From Callorhinchus milii (lineage: Eukaryota): a DNA stretch of 64,000 nucleotides. Made by a program: the position numbers and the translations under genes. The DNA is taken from positions 92,506,001 through 92,570,000 of the forward strand of contig NW_024704742.1 in the NCBI RefSeq assembly GCF_018977255.1, read 5' to 3'. This document shows, in pieces, positions 50,918 through 64,000 of the stretch. Below the pieces are notes generated by a model. It was given only the letters and a program-made list of their open reading frames with translations. It was not told the origin of the DNA and made no database searches. Every line of letters begins with the position of its first letter. Positions within the stretch are counted from its first letter, which is position 1.

Positions 50918-51424
50918 TTTCCATAATGCTTCAGAAATGGGAGGCGGAATTAAGCGTCCAAATGTGCATAACATGATCCCTAAATTAGCAACTACAGCAG
51001 AGTTGTGACATAGTTGCGCTGGGTCCAATTCTAAGCTTCATCCAAATTTTCTATAGTTTGAGTTGGCTTAATTCCTGGGTTTCAACCTAGTGCCAAGCTA
51101 TGGGTCAAAAGGTTCAATCCCCACTTGGAGACTTGAAGTTACAGTAAAGCACTGTGGCAACTTGTTGGAGATACTGTTTTTTGCCTGAAACTTAAATGTA
51201 TGTCCTAGCTCCTGTTCAGGTAAATGTTAAAGAGGAGGAAATTTCTCCCAGTTTCCTAGCCAACGAACCTGCATATCAATTGCTTATTGATCTCACAGTT
51301 TTTGCTTGCTGGTGAAATGGCTGCAGAGTTGGCTACAAAAACAGTCACTACACTTGTGATTAATTAACCTGAAAAAGAGTTTTGAAATGTTTATTTGTAA
51401 ACATTTTGTACTTTACCAAGTTGG

Positions 51425-52155
51425 TGTGTCAGCCTGGCGCAGTGTTAGCACTCTCGCCTCTGAGTCAGAAGGTTGTAGGTTCAAGCCCCACATTGGGACT
51501 TGGAATCACATAGTCTAAGGTGATGGAGTCCTGTAGCTCAGTGGTTAGAGCGCTCGCTTTGCTAGTGAGAGACCTGGGTTCGATTCCCGGCAGGTTGGGT
51601 AAGTTTCCTTACTCGACACGCCTGATAATAATCCCTCAAAAAAAACCAATAATAAATTGGTCACTTCAATCCACGACTGTTTGTGGGACACTGCTGTGCG
51701 TAATTGGTTTCTGCATTTCGCCCACAAATATACAGTCAATTCACTTTACAGTATGTTCTGTGAAGTACTTTGAGGCGTCTAGAAGACGTAAAAAGCTCTA
51801 TATCAAATGCAAGGATTATTATACTCATGAGTGGTGGGGGAGCGCTACATTGTATGTGATTCTGTCTTTCGGATCAGACATTAAACCGAGTTCCCATCTG
51901 CCTGTTCAGGTGGACGTTAAAGATCCTTTGGCACTATTTGAAAAGAAAATAGAGTTTCTCCCAGTGTACTGGCCAACAATCACCCAAATAAAATTGATCA
52001 TTCACTTCATGGCTGTTTGTGGGTCAATGGTGTGCATAGTTGACTTCTAAATTTCACCCATAAATTACTCAGTCAATCCATTTTACAGTATACCATGTGA
52101 AGTGCTTTGAGATGTCTTGAGGACTTAATAAGGCATATATCAAATGCAAGTATTA
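51425..52155 (+). mobile_element. Deu-domain SINE with a nested young SINE (51524-51822, +)
   Basis: Head gtgtcagcctggcgcagtgttagcactctcgcctctgagtcagaaggttg; resumes after the insert with gtctttcggatcagacattaaaccgag...caggtggacgttaaagatcc. Confidence 0.88.
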
Positions 52156-53094
52156 TTGTTATAATATTATTTATTATTATTATGTTCTATACAGACCATA
52201 GTCTTGTTAAAACATTTAGCCTTGCATATAAGAGAATTTTTGTGATTTTCAGACTGGCTATGGGTAACTAGCAGTGCAATGATTTTAGTTTAATCAGGCT
52301 TTCACTGGTTTATAACCGGTTTAAGTGCTCCAAGATGCTACCCTGTGTGAAGGGCACTATATAAATGTAAGTTGTTGTTGTATTAAGGAGGCAGTGGAGC
52401 TATTGTTTTGCATAACCTTTACATAACGTTTACACGAGAAGCAATGAACTTCCGTTACATGTAAAACGTTAAAACAAATGGGTTTAACCATTAAACCATT
52501 AAAGATCCCATTATTATTTATTATTACTATTCGAAAAGTTTCTGGTGTCCTGGCCATCAGTCCCGCCAGATTAAAAAAAAGTGGGCATACACCACATTGC
52601 TGTTTGTAGGATGTTGCTGTGTCAAATTGGCTGCTGCGCTTGCCTACACAATGCAGTAAATCCAGTGAAGTGCTTTGAAATGTTTCAACAACACGATAAG
52701 GTGCTATATCAAATACAGTGATTGCTATTATTATTACTCCTGCCATGTCTATCCACCTCCAACTCCCCCTCAACCATTCCCTTAACTTAACTCTTCCTGA
52801 TCCTGGCCCAGTCGTTCTATGCAGAATTCAATGCTCCTCTATTTCCAGACTCTCTTCTTACTCCTTCTCTATCTCCAAACTGTGTCCCCCCAGCAAACAT
52901 TAGATTGATACACCAGGCTGCCTGCTCGTTGTCATCACAGACGGATGCTTTGGGTTGTAACATGAAAGGTGTCACATAACTGTAAAATTGTATTGTAATG
53001 ATGTTAAAAGCAGAGGGCCCAGTAGTGAGTAATGTGAAGTCACTATCATTTGAATAGTTTACATCTGTTGTTCATAATCAGCATAACAGAGCAG

Positions 53095-53185
53095 GAGGAA
53101 GCTCATGTGGAGCATAAACAATGGCATAGATCAGTTGGGCCGAATGGCCTGTTTCTGTGCTGTATATTCGAATGTATTCTAATGT
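53095..53185 (+). mobile_element. CR1 3' tail
   Basis: gtggagcataaacaatggcatagatcagttgggccgaatggcctgtttctgtgctgta; similar tails at 20640-20735 and 53520-53635. Confidence 0.8.
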
Positions 53186-54337
53186 ATATCTGGAGACAGT
53201 GTTTAATAAAATATTGCTGTCTAACAAGATGGGTGAATGCTAATGTGTGAAGCATATCAGTTGGGCTATAGGTGTATTTTTTTTTACCAAGTATTCTTCT
53301 TTTAGGCATTGGATATTTTAACAATAATCCTTGCATTTGTTGCATTATTATTATTATTCACTCTGTTCTGGCAAAGACTCAATTTAAATGATTTTTTTCA
53401 AGAAACGCAAGATACAACTGTAGACAATTCACAGAAAATGGTGCACAAGATGATGGAGATCATAATTGATAAGATTACAGAAATCAGTTTGGAATTAGTT
53501 GTAATAACATTTGGAAGCTTGAAGGGGTCTGGGAATAATGCAGGGCAGTGGGATTGAAAGAACATCTTGCTCCAAGAGCCACTGCAGACTTGATGGGCTG
53601 AATGGCCTCCTTCTGCACTGTAAATTTCTATGATTCTCATTATAATGGTATTGTGTAAATATGCTGAACTTAATATCCATTTCCAAATTGAGAAGTGAAT
53701 CGAACTGTTTCCTCTTTTTCAGTAAAGGTCATTCACAGTGTTCCTTACACTTGCTTCAGACTCTGTGTGACATGCAGTTGCTGTAAGACCGGTTGTGTTG
53801 GAATACTCAGTTTATATCACAGCTGACGATTTGTAACCTGATAATGGTGATTAACTCAAAGGGATTCCTCTTAACAGATACACAGCTGTTGTTTTTAACT
53901 TGCTCATGACCCTCGTATCCATTAGTATGAGGACAGCAGTTACAGTTTCTCCATGTGGGGCCAATACTTAAAGTGGAAGAAAAGTCTAGCAGAGAGTAAT
54001 TTCTATTCAGAGTAATTCCTTCATCCCACGTCTATCAGAAAACATAATACTTATAACTATATAGGATTGTATTATTAACATGTGTCGAGTTGAAAGGTGA
54101 ACCTGTATTATCACAGGGAGAGCTGTGGACCCGGCTTCTGCTGCTGACTAGCCAGCTTGCCCATGCTATAAAGTCTCTGTCTTCCCGATCGACAGTGAGC
54201 CACTGATGTCATTACCATTACTGTATGGTTGTGTGCTGTAGGTAGGCAGCGTCACTGACATCCCGTCCTGGGTGCTGCTGAAGTGAGACTTTGTGCGCAC
54301 AGTGCACATACAGGAAGTGACATCAGTAATATATCTG

Positions 54338-54374
54338 TGTATATATATATATAGTGTGATATATATATATATAT
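54338..54374. repeat. (TA)n microsatellite, interrupted
   Basis: tatatatatatatag tgtga tatatatatatatat. Confidence 0.85.
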
Positions 54375-54701
54375 GATGACCCGGAGGCAGGCAGGCCATT
54401 TTTCCCTGGCGTGTTATAATGTGGCATCTGAGATATTGGGCCCAGGCGACTCTTATATTTTCTTGTGTCTAACTACTTTTTCCCCTTTATATATTGAAAT
54501 ATTCGAGAAACCTAGTAAATCGTGCGTTATTTGCTATTTGGGAGGCAGTGCCTATCTGCATGCTCCTTCACATTTATAAATCGACTCAATCCATCAACAT
54601 CCGAGAGCTTTAGCAGAACTAGTTTTCAGAAGGCTGAGTATTTGTGATTGAGGATTTGTTCAGTTATTGCTGTCAACCTCTGAGTCTTCCTTATGGCACC
54701 T

Positions 54702-54770
54702 ACAACAACAACAAAAACAAGATTAAATTTGTATAGCGCCTTTCACGTCGGGAGGACGTCCCAAAGCACC
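54702..54770 (-). mobile_element. Isolated L2 tail (~65 bp)
   Basis: acaacaacaacaaaaacaagattaaatttgtatagcgcctttcacgtcgggaggacgtcccaaagc. Confidence 0.85.
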
Positions 54771-55162
54771 TACTCTATTTTCAAAATTGTTTTGTTCTGC
54801 TGAAGATATTGTTCAACTGTTGGCTGGATCATTGGTTCCCAAACTCCACACACGTACAATGGTGAAAAAACATGTTGATTTACCTCCGACCAGGAAAATC
54901 TGAAATCTTTAAACTTATCACTGATCCCCTCGGGGCCCCTGGCAATTGCATGGGTTGTACTGTAGTTGCTCAGCCTGTTCTGATTTCTTTAGCTGATCCT
55001 ACGCAAAGGGTATTTGACTCTAAGTCAAAATAAATTAATCTGTTTAACTTCATACAGGTTATTAAGACAGCAATAGTTGAATTGTTGTATTTATATTTCA
55101 CTGGACAGAGAGGAAGAGATAGAGTAGGAACGCATTCCATTAGTAGTTAAAGTAATATAATA

Positions 55163-55471
55163 ATAAATAATAATCCTTGCATTTGATATAGTGCTTTTCA
55201 CGTCTTCTAGATGTCTCGAAGCGCTTCACAGAATGTACTGTAAAGTGAATTGACTGTATATTTGTGGGCGAAACGCGTCAGCCAATTGAGCACAGCAGTC
55301 TCCCACAAACAGTCATAGATTGGAGTGACCAATTTATTATTGTTGTTTTCTGGAGGGTTTATTATCAGGCGGGTGGAGCAAGGAAACTTGCCTGAGGTTT
55401 TGCCCTGCCGCGAATCTAACCCAAGTCTCTTCCTTGCGAGGCGAATGCTCTAACCACTGAGCTGCAGGACT
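55163..55471 (-). mobile_element. tRNA-Ala SINE, short form
   Basis: Tail, body and head (ctctaaccactgagctgcaggac) match other copies. Confidence 0.9.
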
Positions 55472-56599
55472 GTAATGGGATTACAACTGCAGTATTACTT
55501 GACATTTTTTGGAGGGGTGGGCGCCAATTCATTTCTGTAGCCAGTCTTTAGGAATAGATGGAAAAATGTGACAGTTCTTAAGTTATGTAACACATTCTTT
55601 TCTACCTCATTGGAAATTTCACATAATTGCCTTTCTACCCCCCTTTTTGCTACACCTGAAAGGTTCCCTAATTGAATTTGTGCTGATTTTCTCTGGTTTC
55701 TGGTGGTTTTGACCCTCGCTGCCACCCTGAAAACTAGTTAAATGTCTGACCGAATCGTCAAAGATTGATGGAAACTTGTTGCTACATCTCAGCTGTATAG
55801 AGACGTGGAGTTTACAACTCTGGCACCACTTTTATAGACCTGTTATCAGTACAAGAAATCCTCAATATAGATTTACTAGGCTTTGGATGAAAGAACAACC
55901 AGAAGATAAATGTCACTAAACTAGGCTTGTGAAAAACTGGCAAACAAGAATGCTTAAAAGAGAGATAGGGACTTGGGAAGTAAACAGATGCGGAAAAAAG
56001 GAAGGGGAAATGGGATTTTAAGATAAAATGGGGTGCAATTAACTTCACAGGCTGAATTGCCTATTCACGTTCTTAGTTTGCAATAAAAGTCTTGTAAATT
56101 TGACACAATAAGGGAGCTGTCCCTTTGCCTCATTACACTTGCTATCTGCTAACATGCTATCCTAGATGACAATTATGTATACACTTAAAAGGAAGCTCAA
56201 AGCTTTTGCTCCTTCTATTCCACTTAATTGCATCACTTCAGAGTATACGCAGACCCCTCCCTGTGACTTATATCATGTTGCCCAATTCAAGATTTTTCTA
56301 AACCCACATGGGATAGGAACATCTTGATTTGAGTGTAAAATTTGTGCATAAAATTATTTTAAAAGTTTTACATTGATCCATTACAGCAACTAGGAATTGA
56401 AAACCAATTCCCCCATTGCATTAAAATGAAGATGATTATCATTCTGAAAAGGGGGAAAAACACTATGCAGAAATTATGGAAATGAGTGTTCAATCCCAAA
56501 ACTATTCATGAATACATGTCACAAACCAACCATATTTTCTGTCCTTGTGATAAATATCACATCACCAGTGATTGTACCTTTTAGGCTGACCAGAGATGA

Positions 56600-56950
56600 G
56601 AAATTATATAGTCATGCATTGTGATAGGATAAATAGGGAGAGATTATTTTAACTGATCAGCAAATTCGTAAGAAGAAGATATAAACAGATCACCAGAAGG
56701 AAAGACATGAAGAATGGATATTTTATTACAAATAGAAGTTTGTTGAAATATGGAATTCTTCACCATAAATGACCACTGTTGAAGTCAAGTCCACAACAGC
56801 ATATAAAAAGGGAATTGGATAAATTGAGAAAAGATAAAGTGGATGGGGAAATGTCAGGGGAATTAGACCAGATAGCTGGGGGGGAGCAAGCATCAGCACA
56901 GAATCGATGAGCCGAATGATCTCCTGTGAATCTACGTTACTTTTCAGATT
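56600..56950 (+). mobile_element. Degenerate CR1 3' fragment
   Basis: gataggataaatagggagagattattt...tggaattcttcacca...aaaagggaattggataa...gatgagccgaatgatctcct. Confidence 0.7.
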
Positions 56951-57193
56951 TATAAAGTCACAGTGTAACACAATACTGTCATAATAAATAATAAACTTTG
57001 TGTTTGATAGAGTGTCTATCATGTCGAAACATCTCAATATGCTTTTTCTCTGTTTTCTGTGATGTGCAGCGGATTTGAAGGCATAGGCACTTGTTGGGTC
57101 TTAGGCGTTTATTACAGTTAAAAACTTCCACCATTTTAGAAAGATTTTATTTGTTTAGTTAGTAACGGGAAGTCCTAATGTACAGTTTATGTA

Positions 57194-57349
57194 CAGTAAA
57201 CTCCTGATAACTCATGACTCCAAGGGAAAACAGCTCAGTGATGAGTTATCCAGAGTGGCGAATTAGGTATATGTATAAATACATAAATGTGACCGGGTTA
57301 TTGAAAGCATGATGACTTAATTGGCAGTAATAAGTTAAGGAGTTTACTG
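57194..57349. mobile_element. Tc1/mariner-pogo (Tigger-like) MITE, 156 bp
   Basis: Perfect 12-bp terminal inverted repeats CAGTAAACTCCT / AGGAGTTTACTG; flanked by TA on the left and TG on the right (possibly a mutated TA duplication). Confidence 0.75.
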
Positions 57350-59939
57350 TGTGTCATGTTTCAGGTCATATATTTCAGCTCAGTCAGTGGGAGATAGACT
57401 TCAGCCACTGAGAACACTGGCAAGACAGTCCTTCATCCTTCAGACAGTGGCCTCTGGGTGTATGGTGGCTGATTGGTGTCACCAAGCCCTTGTGTCCTCT
57501 AAATTTATATCATTCATGGCCTAAGTGAGATGAGCTAGATAGAGACTGTCATTACCTCCAGGGAAAATCCAACCTTAATTGCAGTACTGTGCAGCTTGAA
57601 GGCATTTGAACCAAAGACCAACGCAGAAAAACTTGAGAAGTTCCATTATTGCGGTCAATATGACCACCTCCTGCTGAAAAATAATTTGCAACCTGAATTT
57701 ACATCCTTTTGCCAAGTGAACCAAGGAAAATAGGCCTGTTCTCTGTCTTCAGCTGCTTTACCCTTAGGAGTAGTTCAGTTGAGACAATGAGAAGTAGTCT
57801 TGGAGATCAGAATGACCACGAGCAGATTTCAGTAAAACAAAAACTAAAAGCATGCATTATTTTTGTCGTATGATTTTCAGCTCATGATTATCAGGTCAGT
57901 GCGGGTCAACAGGAGAATATGTTCCAGTTCCAGCTGTCAGTAGAATTCTCAAACACATAATTTGTACTGTTCGTAGACTCCTGGATATCACTTCCAGCAC
58001 TAAAGTAAATGGGGGAGGGGGTACCCTGATTTATGCTTCCTGGGTCCGAAAAATGCAAGGATTATAATTACATTGACTGGAGCTGAAAAGCGTTAACTAC
58101 ATGTGCAGTGCTAATCATTGTTTTTCTGTGTGTGTTTTATTAAACAACCAACTCTTTCAGAATAACAACTTGCATTTATATAGCTCCTTCATTCCAGGAT
58201 ACTGTTAGTGAGTGCTAAATGCAAGTTGTTGTTTTATAATAATATAAAGTGCTGTTGCACTGTTGCGGATCACCTAAGAAGCTTGACAACCCAAGAACAT
58301 TTAATGACAAGGAAATGGAACCTGAGTTGATCAGCACCGACAGAATTTGTACCACGGATCTCAATCTCTCAGCAGCCTGGCTCCAGCACAATTCTCTTTC
58401 AAATTGCACTGCACAGAAATGATTTGTACTATAATTTTAGGACAGTGTATTTTTTTAATCTGAACAATATGAATTAAATCTAATTACACATGTAATGGTG
58501 GAGGAACAGTTAAGAGCATAAGCCAAATTCAAACATCTGTTGTGTTTACATATGCTTTTTGTACACTTATGGGGGAATTTGTACTGGCCGCTAAAGCTAA
58601 TGACAGTGATGCTATGTGTTTAGATTCAGGGAGTCCCACACAAAAATAATAACAATAATAATTATCCTTACAGTTGACAGAGCACCTTATCACGTCATCA
58701 AGACGTCTCAAAGCGCTTCACAGGATATACTGTAAATACTCAGTAGCCTTGAGCTCTACTCTATTTACTATTCACTTCATCTTCACCTTTCTACTTTGTT
58801 CGAATGGAGGAAGCAAAGTCTCTCCTAGAGGCTTCAACTGAATGTTTTATCGAATGATTGTTTATCGGAGAGGGAGTCACTTCTAGCATTGCTATCCTTG
58901 CTTGGCCGCACTGTGAAGAAAATCAGTACAAAAGCTGTATCGTGAACTATCACTATAAACTGCTCACCTCGTGGTGGGATCATCCTGTGTGTCTTTGAGT
59001 TGATAGTTTTCAATTGCATCCTCGATAACCCTGTCTGTTTTGAAGTTTATAAATAAAATATAGATGGCAGAGCATTAAGGATGCAATTGTCACCCAAGTC
59101 AGTGGGTGAAGTCAGAAATGTAGAACAAATAACAAATGACTGTGGTAAGCAAGGCGAGGAATTGGTTGGGTTTCACATCTGAAGTACTTCCTCCTCAGGC
59201 TGCTGCCTGCCATGTCTATTGTTGTGGTGAACTGACCAAGAGAAATGTCATTTGTCATGCCTGCCACAAAACTTTGCTCTTATCACATCCTGAGGCTGAA
59301 GCACTTAGGAGAACATTTTGTTTGTTTGCAAATGAATTACCCTGAGTGGTTTTGTCTTGGCATTTGCAGAGCCTAAGCAGCAATGCAGCAAAAACTAAAC
59401 AGAAATGTAGAAAAACAGCAGAGCTGAACTTTCTATTCTGCAATTGTAAGATTTTAGAATAAATTGAAAGCTTGGCTGAAAATACACAGCTGCTACACTT
59501 TACAGAAACGTTTGTGAAGAGCTTTGATATGTTTTGAAAGGATAAGGTTCTATATCAAATGCAATGATTATAATATTTATTATTAGAAATATCTAAAGTA
59601 ATCTCAATTAGGTATTTTTGAGTGACAGATGATAATAATCATTGCATTTGATGCAGTACCTGATCATGTCTTTGAATTGTCTTAAAGCGCTTCACAGGAT
59701 TTATTATAAAGCAGAGTGTGTGCATTTTGTGGGCAAATGGATGAATTGTCATGAATTAGAATTTAGGAAATTTAGAATATCTGCAGGAAAATGAGAAACA
59801 TAATATTAAAATTATATTCAGAGTTGTTTTTAAATAACACTTGTGTTTTCAGGAGAAGTGCAGAATTTTGTGTGTGATCAAATGAAAATGACACTGCTTG
59901 TTCATTAGAACATGTTTATGACTTGGATAAGGAACATCT

Positions 59940-60190
59940 ATGATCCACCCACAATCAGCAGGCGAGCATTCAGCCATTCTACCCAGCTCTCTGGAACTCC
60001 ATCCTGGAGTCCTTCTGACTCCCTCCCTCCCCTCATTCAAGCACTTCTCAAGAAGTACCTCCTGGACCACATTTTCAGTCATCTCTCCCCTCCTCACCCT
60101 TCTCGGATCCCACCCTCAGCTCTGATGCCTGACCAGCAGTGGCCTTGACACATCCTTCTGACATGAAAGGCACTGTATAAATGTAAAGTG
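59940..60190 (+). mobile_element. L2 3' fragment
   Basis: ggcgagcattcagcc...ctctggaactccatccct-like...gacatgaaaggcactgtataaatgtaa. Confidence 0.8.
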
Positions 60191-60217
60191 TACTGTGTAT
60201 TGTATGAAATATTGATT

Positions 60218-61285
60218 CAACAACAACAACAAAATTACATTTGTAGAGCGTCTTTCACGTCGGCAGGACATCCCAAAGCGCTGAACAGTCAGGTGTCGGG
60301 GCCCGAGCATGGGGGAGGGGTGGTGTAGGGGTGAAGGAAGACAGAGAGGTGGGAGGGAGACCAAAGGCACAGTCGAAGAGAAGGGTCTTGAGACCGGCCT
60401 TGAAGGATGTGAGGGACGAAGCGAGCGAAGGGACCGTGGGATGGTGTTCCAGAGTGTAGGGGCAGAGAGGCTGAAAGCCCGGCCACCGATGGTAGGGCGG
60501 GTCGGGCGGGACACATGGAGTAGGCCGAAGCCTAATGAACGGAGGGAGCGGGCAGGTTGGTAGGGAGTCAGCAGGTCAGAGAGGTAGGATGGGGCAAGGC
60601 CATGGATGGCCATTAAAGGTGAGGACGAGGATCTTGAACTCGATCCTCTGGGGGATTGGGAGCCAATGGAGTTGGGTGAGGGTGGGAATGATGGGGTCGC
60701 GGAGCCTGGTGCGTGAGAAAACATGAGCTGTAGAGTTTTGGATGATCTGCAGCTTGTGAAGGGAAGAGTTGGGAAGGCCGATGAGGAGGGAGTTTCTGTA
60801 ATCGAGCCTTGAGGTGATGAATGCGTGGGTGAGGGTTTTGGCAGCCTGAGGGGTGAGGCAGTGGCGGAGTCTGGCAATGTTGTGGAGGTGGTAGTAGGCA
60901 GTGCCAGTCATGGACCGAATGTGGGGAAAAAAGGACAGTTCAGGGTCAAACAAGACACCCAGATCCCTGACTGGCTTAGTGAGGTTGAGTGTGCAACCAT
61001 GGAGGCTGATGCTGCCAGCGCCTGAGGTGCAGAGGCGTTGGCGCAAGCCAATCAGGAGGGCCTCAGTCTTGCTAATGTTGAGTTGGAGAAAGTTGTCCCT
61101 CGTCCAGGACTTGATGTCGAACAGGCAGTCGGTCAGGACCTCAGTAGTCCTGGAGTTCAGGGTGGAGGCAGAGAGGTAGAGTTGGGTGTCATCCGCATAC
61201 ATGTGGAAATTTACTCCATGTCTGCGGATGACGTCACCAAGGGGGAGCACGTAGAGGGTGAAGAGGAGAGGACAGAGGACAACAT
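60218..61285 (-). mobile_element. L2 LINE, 5'-truncated (RT C-terminal half to tail)
   Basis: [12 protein letters not shown]...[10 protein letters not shown]...[11 protein letters not shown]...RDLGVLFD...[13 protein letters not shown]...[15 protein letters not shown]; (TTG)n tail. Confidence 0.95.
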
Positions 61286-61590
61286 GTTTGGCAACATAAC
61301 CTTTCTTGTTTGCCATGTTGGAAAGGAAAGAGACATTTGTGTAATTAAAACCCAGAGTGTTCATGTTCATTGAAAACAAACAAGATGTTAATGTCAGCTT
61401 GCAAATGGAAATGGGAAAATTCATAAACATATCCTAATGAATAAGTTGTGTAATTTTCATTTGAACTGTATTCTTGAAAATAACATTGTTAATGCTTTGC
61501 TTTTTTATGGCATTTATCAAAGTACAGTAGCACAATGAAGAATTGTACACAAAGTTTTTTTTCTTGAACTAAAGATTTATATCATCCTAG

Positions 61591-61866
<276 letters not shown>

Positions 61867-62139
61867 TAAGTATAAGAGTTCAACTGCGTGTTACTGTAGC
61901 CTTGCCTTTTGTTGGGAAGCAGAGGGCCATTAGTAACAATTACAGAAAGACAGTGTGTACATCAAATCCCTAATCTATTTCCATGAGTGAAAGAAGGCGA
62001 TTCCAGGTTATGATTGTTTTTATTTGTACCCTTGCTTACTTGCGTGAAGAGAATTATATAAATCAGCTCAGTGCATTCCAGAAGGAACATTAGTTTAATG
62101 ATTCATATTGAAACATGCTCTGAACTAACATGGTCTGCT

Positions 62140-62296
62140 CCTCTTCGACCATTTGGCCACCCTCCTACTCTTATTCTCCCTGGCCTCCACACCTTCTCAT
62201 ATCAACCCCTGCTCAGGTCCAAATCCCTTACTGTCCAGCGCCTTGGGATGTCCTCCCGACGTGAAAGGCGCTATACAAATATAATTTATTGTTGTT
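62140..62296 (+). mobile_element. L2 3' UTR/tail fragment
   Basis: ctgtccagcgccttgggatgtcctcccgacgtgaaaggcgctatacaaatataatttattgttg. Confidence 0.85.
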
Positions 62297-63592
62297 TATA
62301 AGCGATGCTTTAGCCAAGAGCTGTATCCCATTCAACTCAGTTTGGTTGAGTCCTGAGCTTAGCACCAGACAATTCTTGGTCCATCGGTGTTTACGTAACC
62401 CTTCACACTTTCAAAGGTGAATGCCTTTCTTTCAAAGAATGCCATAGAACGTCTTATACTAATCTTCTTGGGGTTGTGGGGGGATCTTGCTGAGGATGAA
62501 CAGGTTGAAGGGGGGGTCAAGCCTATCAAAACACACAGGCTGGTATTCACTAATCAAACTGACGGTGACCCAGCGTGTCCAGCTCATAAGTGGGACTTGG
62601 AGGTGCAGAAATGTCATCAACCCTGTGAACCCAGGCCCAAATAGGAGGGTGATAGATAAGTACCACACTGTGTGGTTACCATTTCTTTATAGCCAGCACA
62701 TCTAATCAGCATCATCTGCAGTCCTCAGGCATGGCTCAGTAGAGTGGAAACAGATAGAATTCATTTTGTACCTGACCATAGCACAATCATAACGCTCTGA
62801 ACAATTTGGTCACTTTAGATTGAGGTCTTGAAATACCGTGATATAGACATTATATTCAGCTGTGATCTATTGCACATTCTTTGCATTTTTCAATTTTTAT
62901 TTTTGTTCATTTTCAACAGAATGCAATGTTGTTTATTTTATCTTTATATATCTATTTATATCTTAGTGATTTTTGACTACAAAAATAGCTGGATTCCAGG
63001 TTGTACGTGAGGCCACGGGAAGTAACCTTACAATCTGGATTTCAGCTTTTTTTTATAGTTTAACATCATATAAAATATGAAAACAAAAATTTATGTTTAA
63101 CACTGGAATTCATCTTCCTCAATTTGGAAAAAATGGGAAAACCTGACAAGTAATGATTTTATTCTGAAATTCCCCATTTATAAATTACTGAGGAATGATC
63201 ATGATTTAAAGGCTGAAGTCAACTTCTGGACAGTCATTTTACAAATCAAAAGCTGATTTCCTTGGGGTTATTATTGTCCCCGTGGCTTCATGTAGCAAAT
63301 TTGTTGATTGGAGGCTACCTTACCATTCTGTTCTGTTCGCTAAGTTTCTCAAATTTGTTCCCGTCTGATTTGAAATGCAATTGTAACTTATACATAACAT
63401 TTCATTATGAATGTAATCTAATTTCCAAATGTAAAATTGCATCAAATGTATTCCAAAAGTGTAGAGGGACAAATCTGGGTAAGTAACGTGAATGTTGCAG
63501 AACAGTAGTAAGGCAACATTGACAAATTCACCACCTACAGCACACAGCGAAGAAAAACTTGGATTGAGAAAAGTATTCTGAGTCCATGTTGA

Positions 63593-63829
<237 letters not shown>

Positions 63830-63919
63830 TAAGAGGAACGCGTTCTGGCAAAACATTCTCCATATCTTTATGCTCATTGAACTATATTCACTAAGCTTTT
63901 ATGCTAATATGACCTAACT

Positions 63920-64000
63920 CACTTCACAGAATATATTGTAAAGTGGATTGACTGTATTTTGTGGGCGAAACGCAGCAGCTAAATTGCGCACAGCAGGGTC
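63920..64000 (-). mobile_element. SINE 3' fragment running off the window
   Basis: cttcacagaatatattgtaaagtggattgactgtattttgtgggcgaaacgcagcagc. Confidence 0.8.

Noticed and set aside
60576..61430. 284-aa minus-strand ORF with YADD
   Set aside because: Truncated L2 ORF2; the N-terminal part is read-through from flanking intron and the C-terminus is frameshifted.
62350..62730. Unique-looking segment with several overlapping short ORFs between exons 6 and 7
   Set aside because: No recognisable protein motif or convincing splice sites, and exons 6 and 7 already join in frame. Possibly an old repeat I cannot identify.

Overview
Vertebrate genomic DNA, repeat-rich and mostly intronic. The SINE/LINE content (Deu-domain SacSINE1-like SINEs, a tRNA-Ala-headed SINE, L2 and CR1 LINEs) points to a cartilaginous fish, probably a holocephalan such as elephant shark; this is inference. 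The window holds the 5' part of one + strand gene, MEGF10. Six coding exons (22479-22594, 28739-28840, 31007-31107, 42923-43015, 61619-61865, 63661-63781; 116/102/101/93/247/121 nt, all AG/GT-bounded and phase-compatible) encode 260 aa: signal peptide, EMI domain and the first EGF-like repeats. The gene continues beyond the window. Candidate non-coding first exons lie at 1-150 and ~510-721. The rest is intron filled with ~17 young SINE copies, older Deu-SINEs, L2 and CR1 fragments, MITEs and microsatellites. Almost all ORFs in the supplied track are spurious or retroelement-derived. I found no convincing novel protein-coding system. The best leads are an unclassified 3'-anchored repeat family (7 copies), SINE subfamilies whose L2-type 3' stem-loop differs only in the loop, a foldback MITE family, a ~60-bp direct repeat 2.3 kb apart, inverted L2 copies bracketing exons 2-3, and possible uORF or N-terminal extension logic in the 5' UTR. 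Repeat family names are from memory, not from a database search, and repeat boundaries are approximate.
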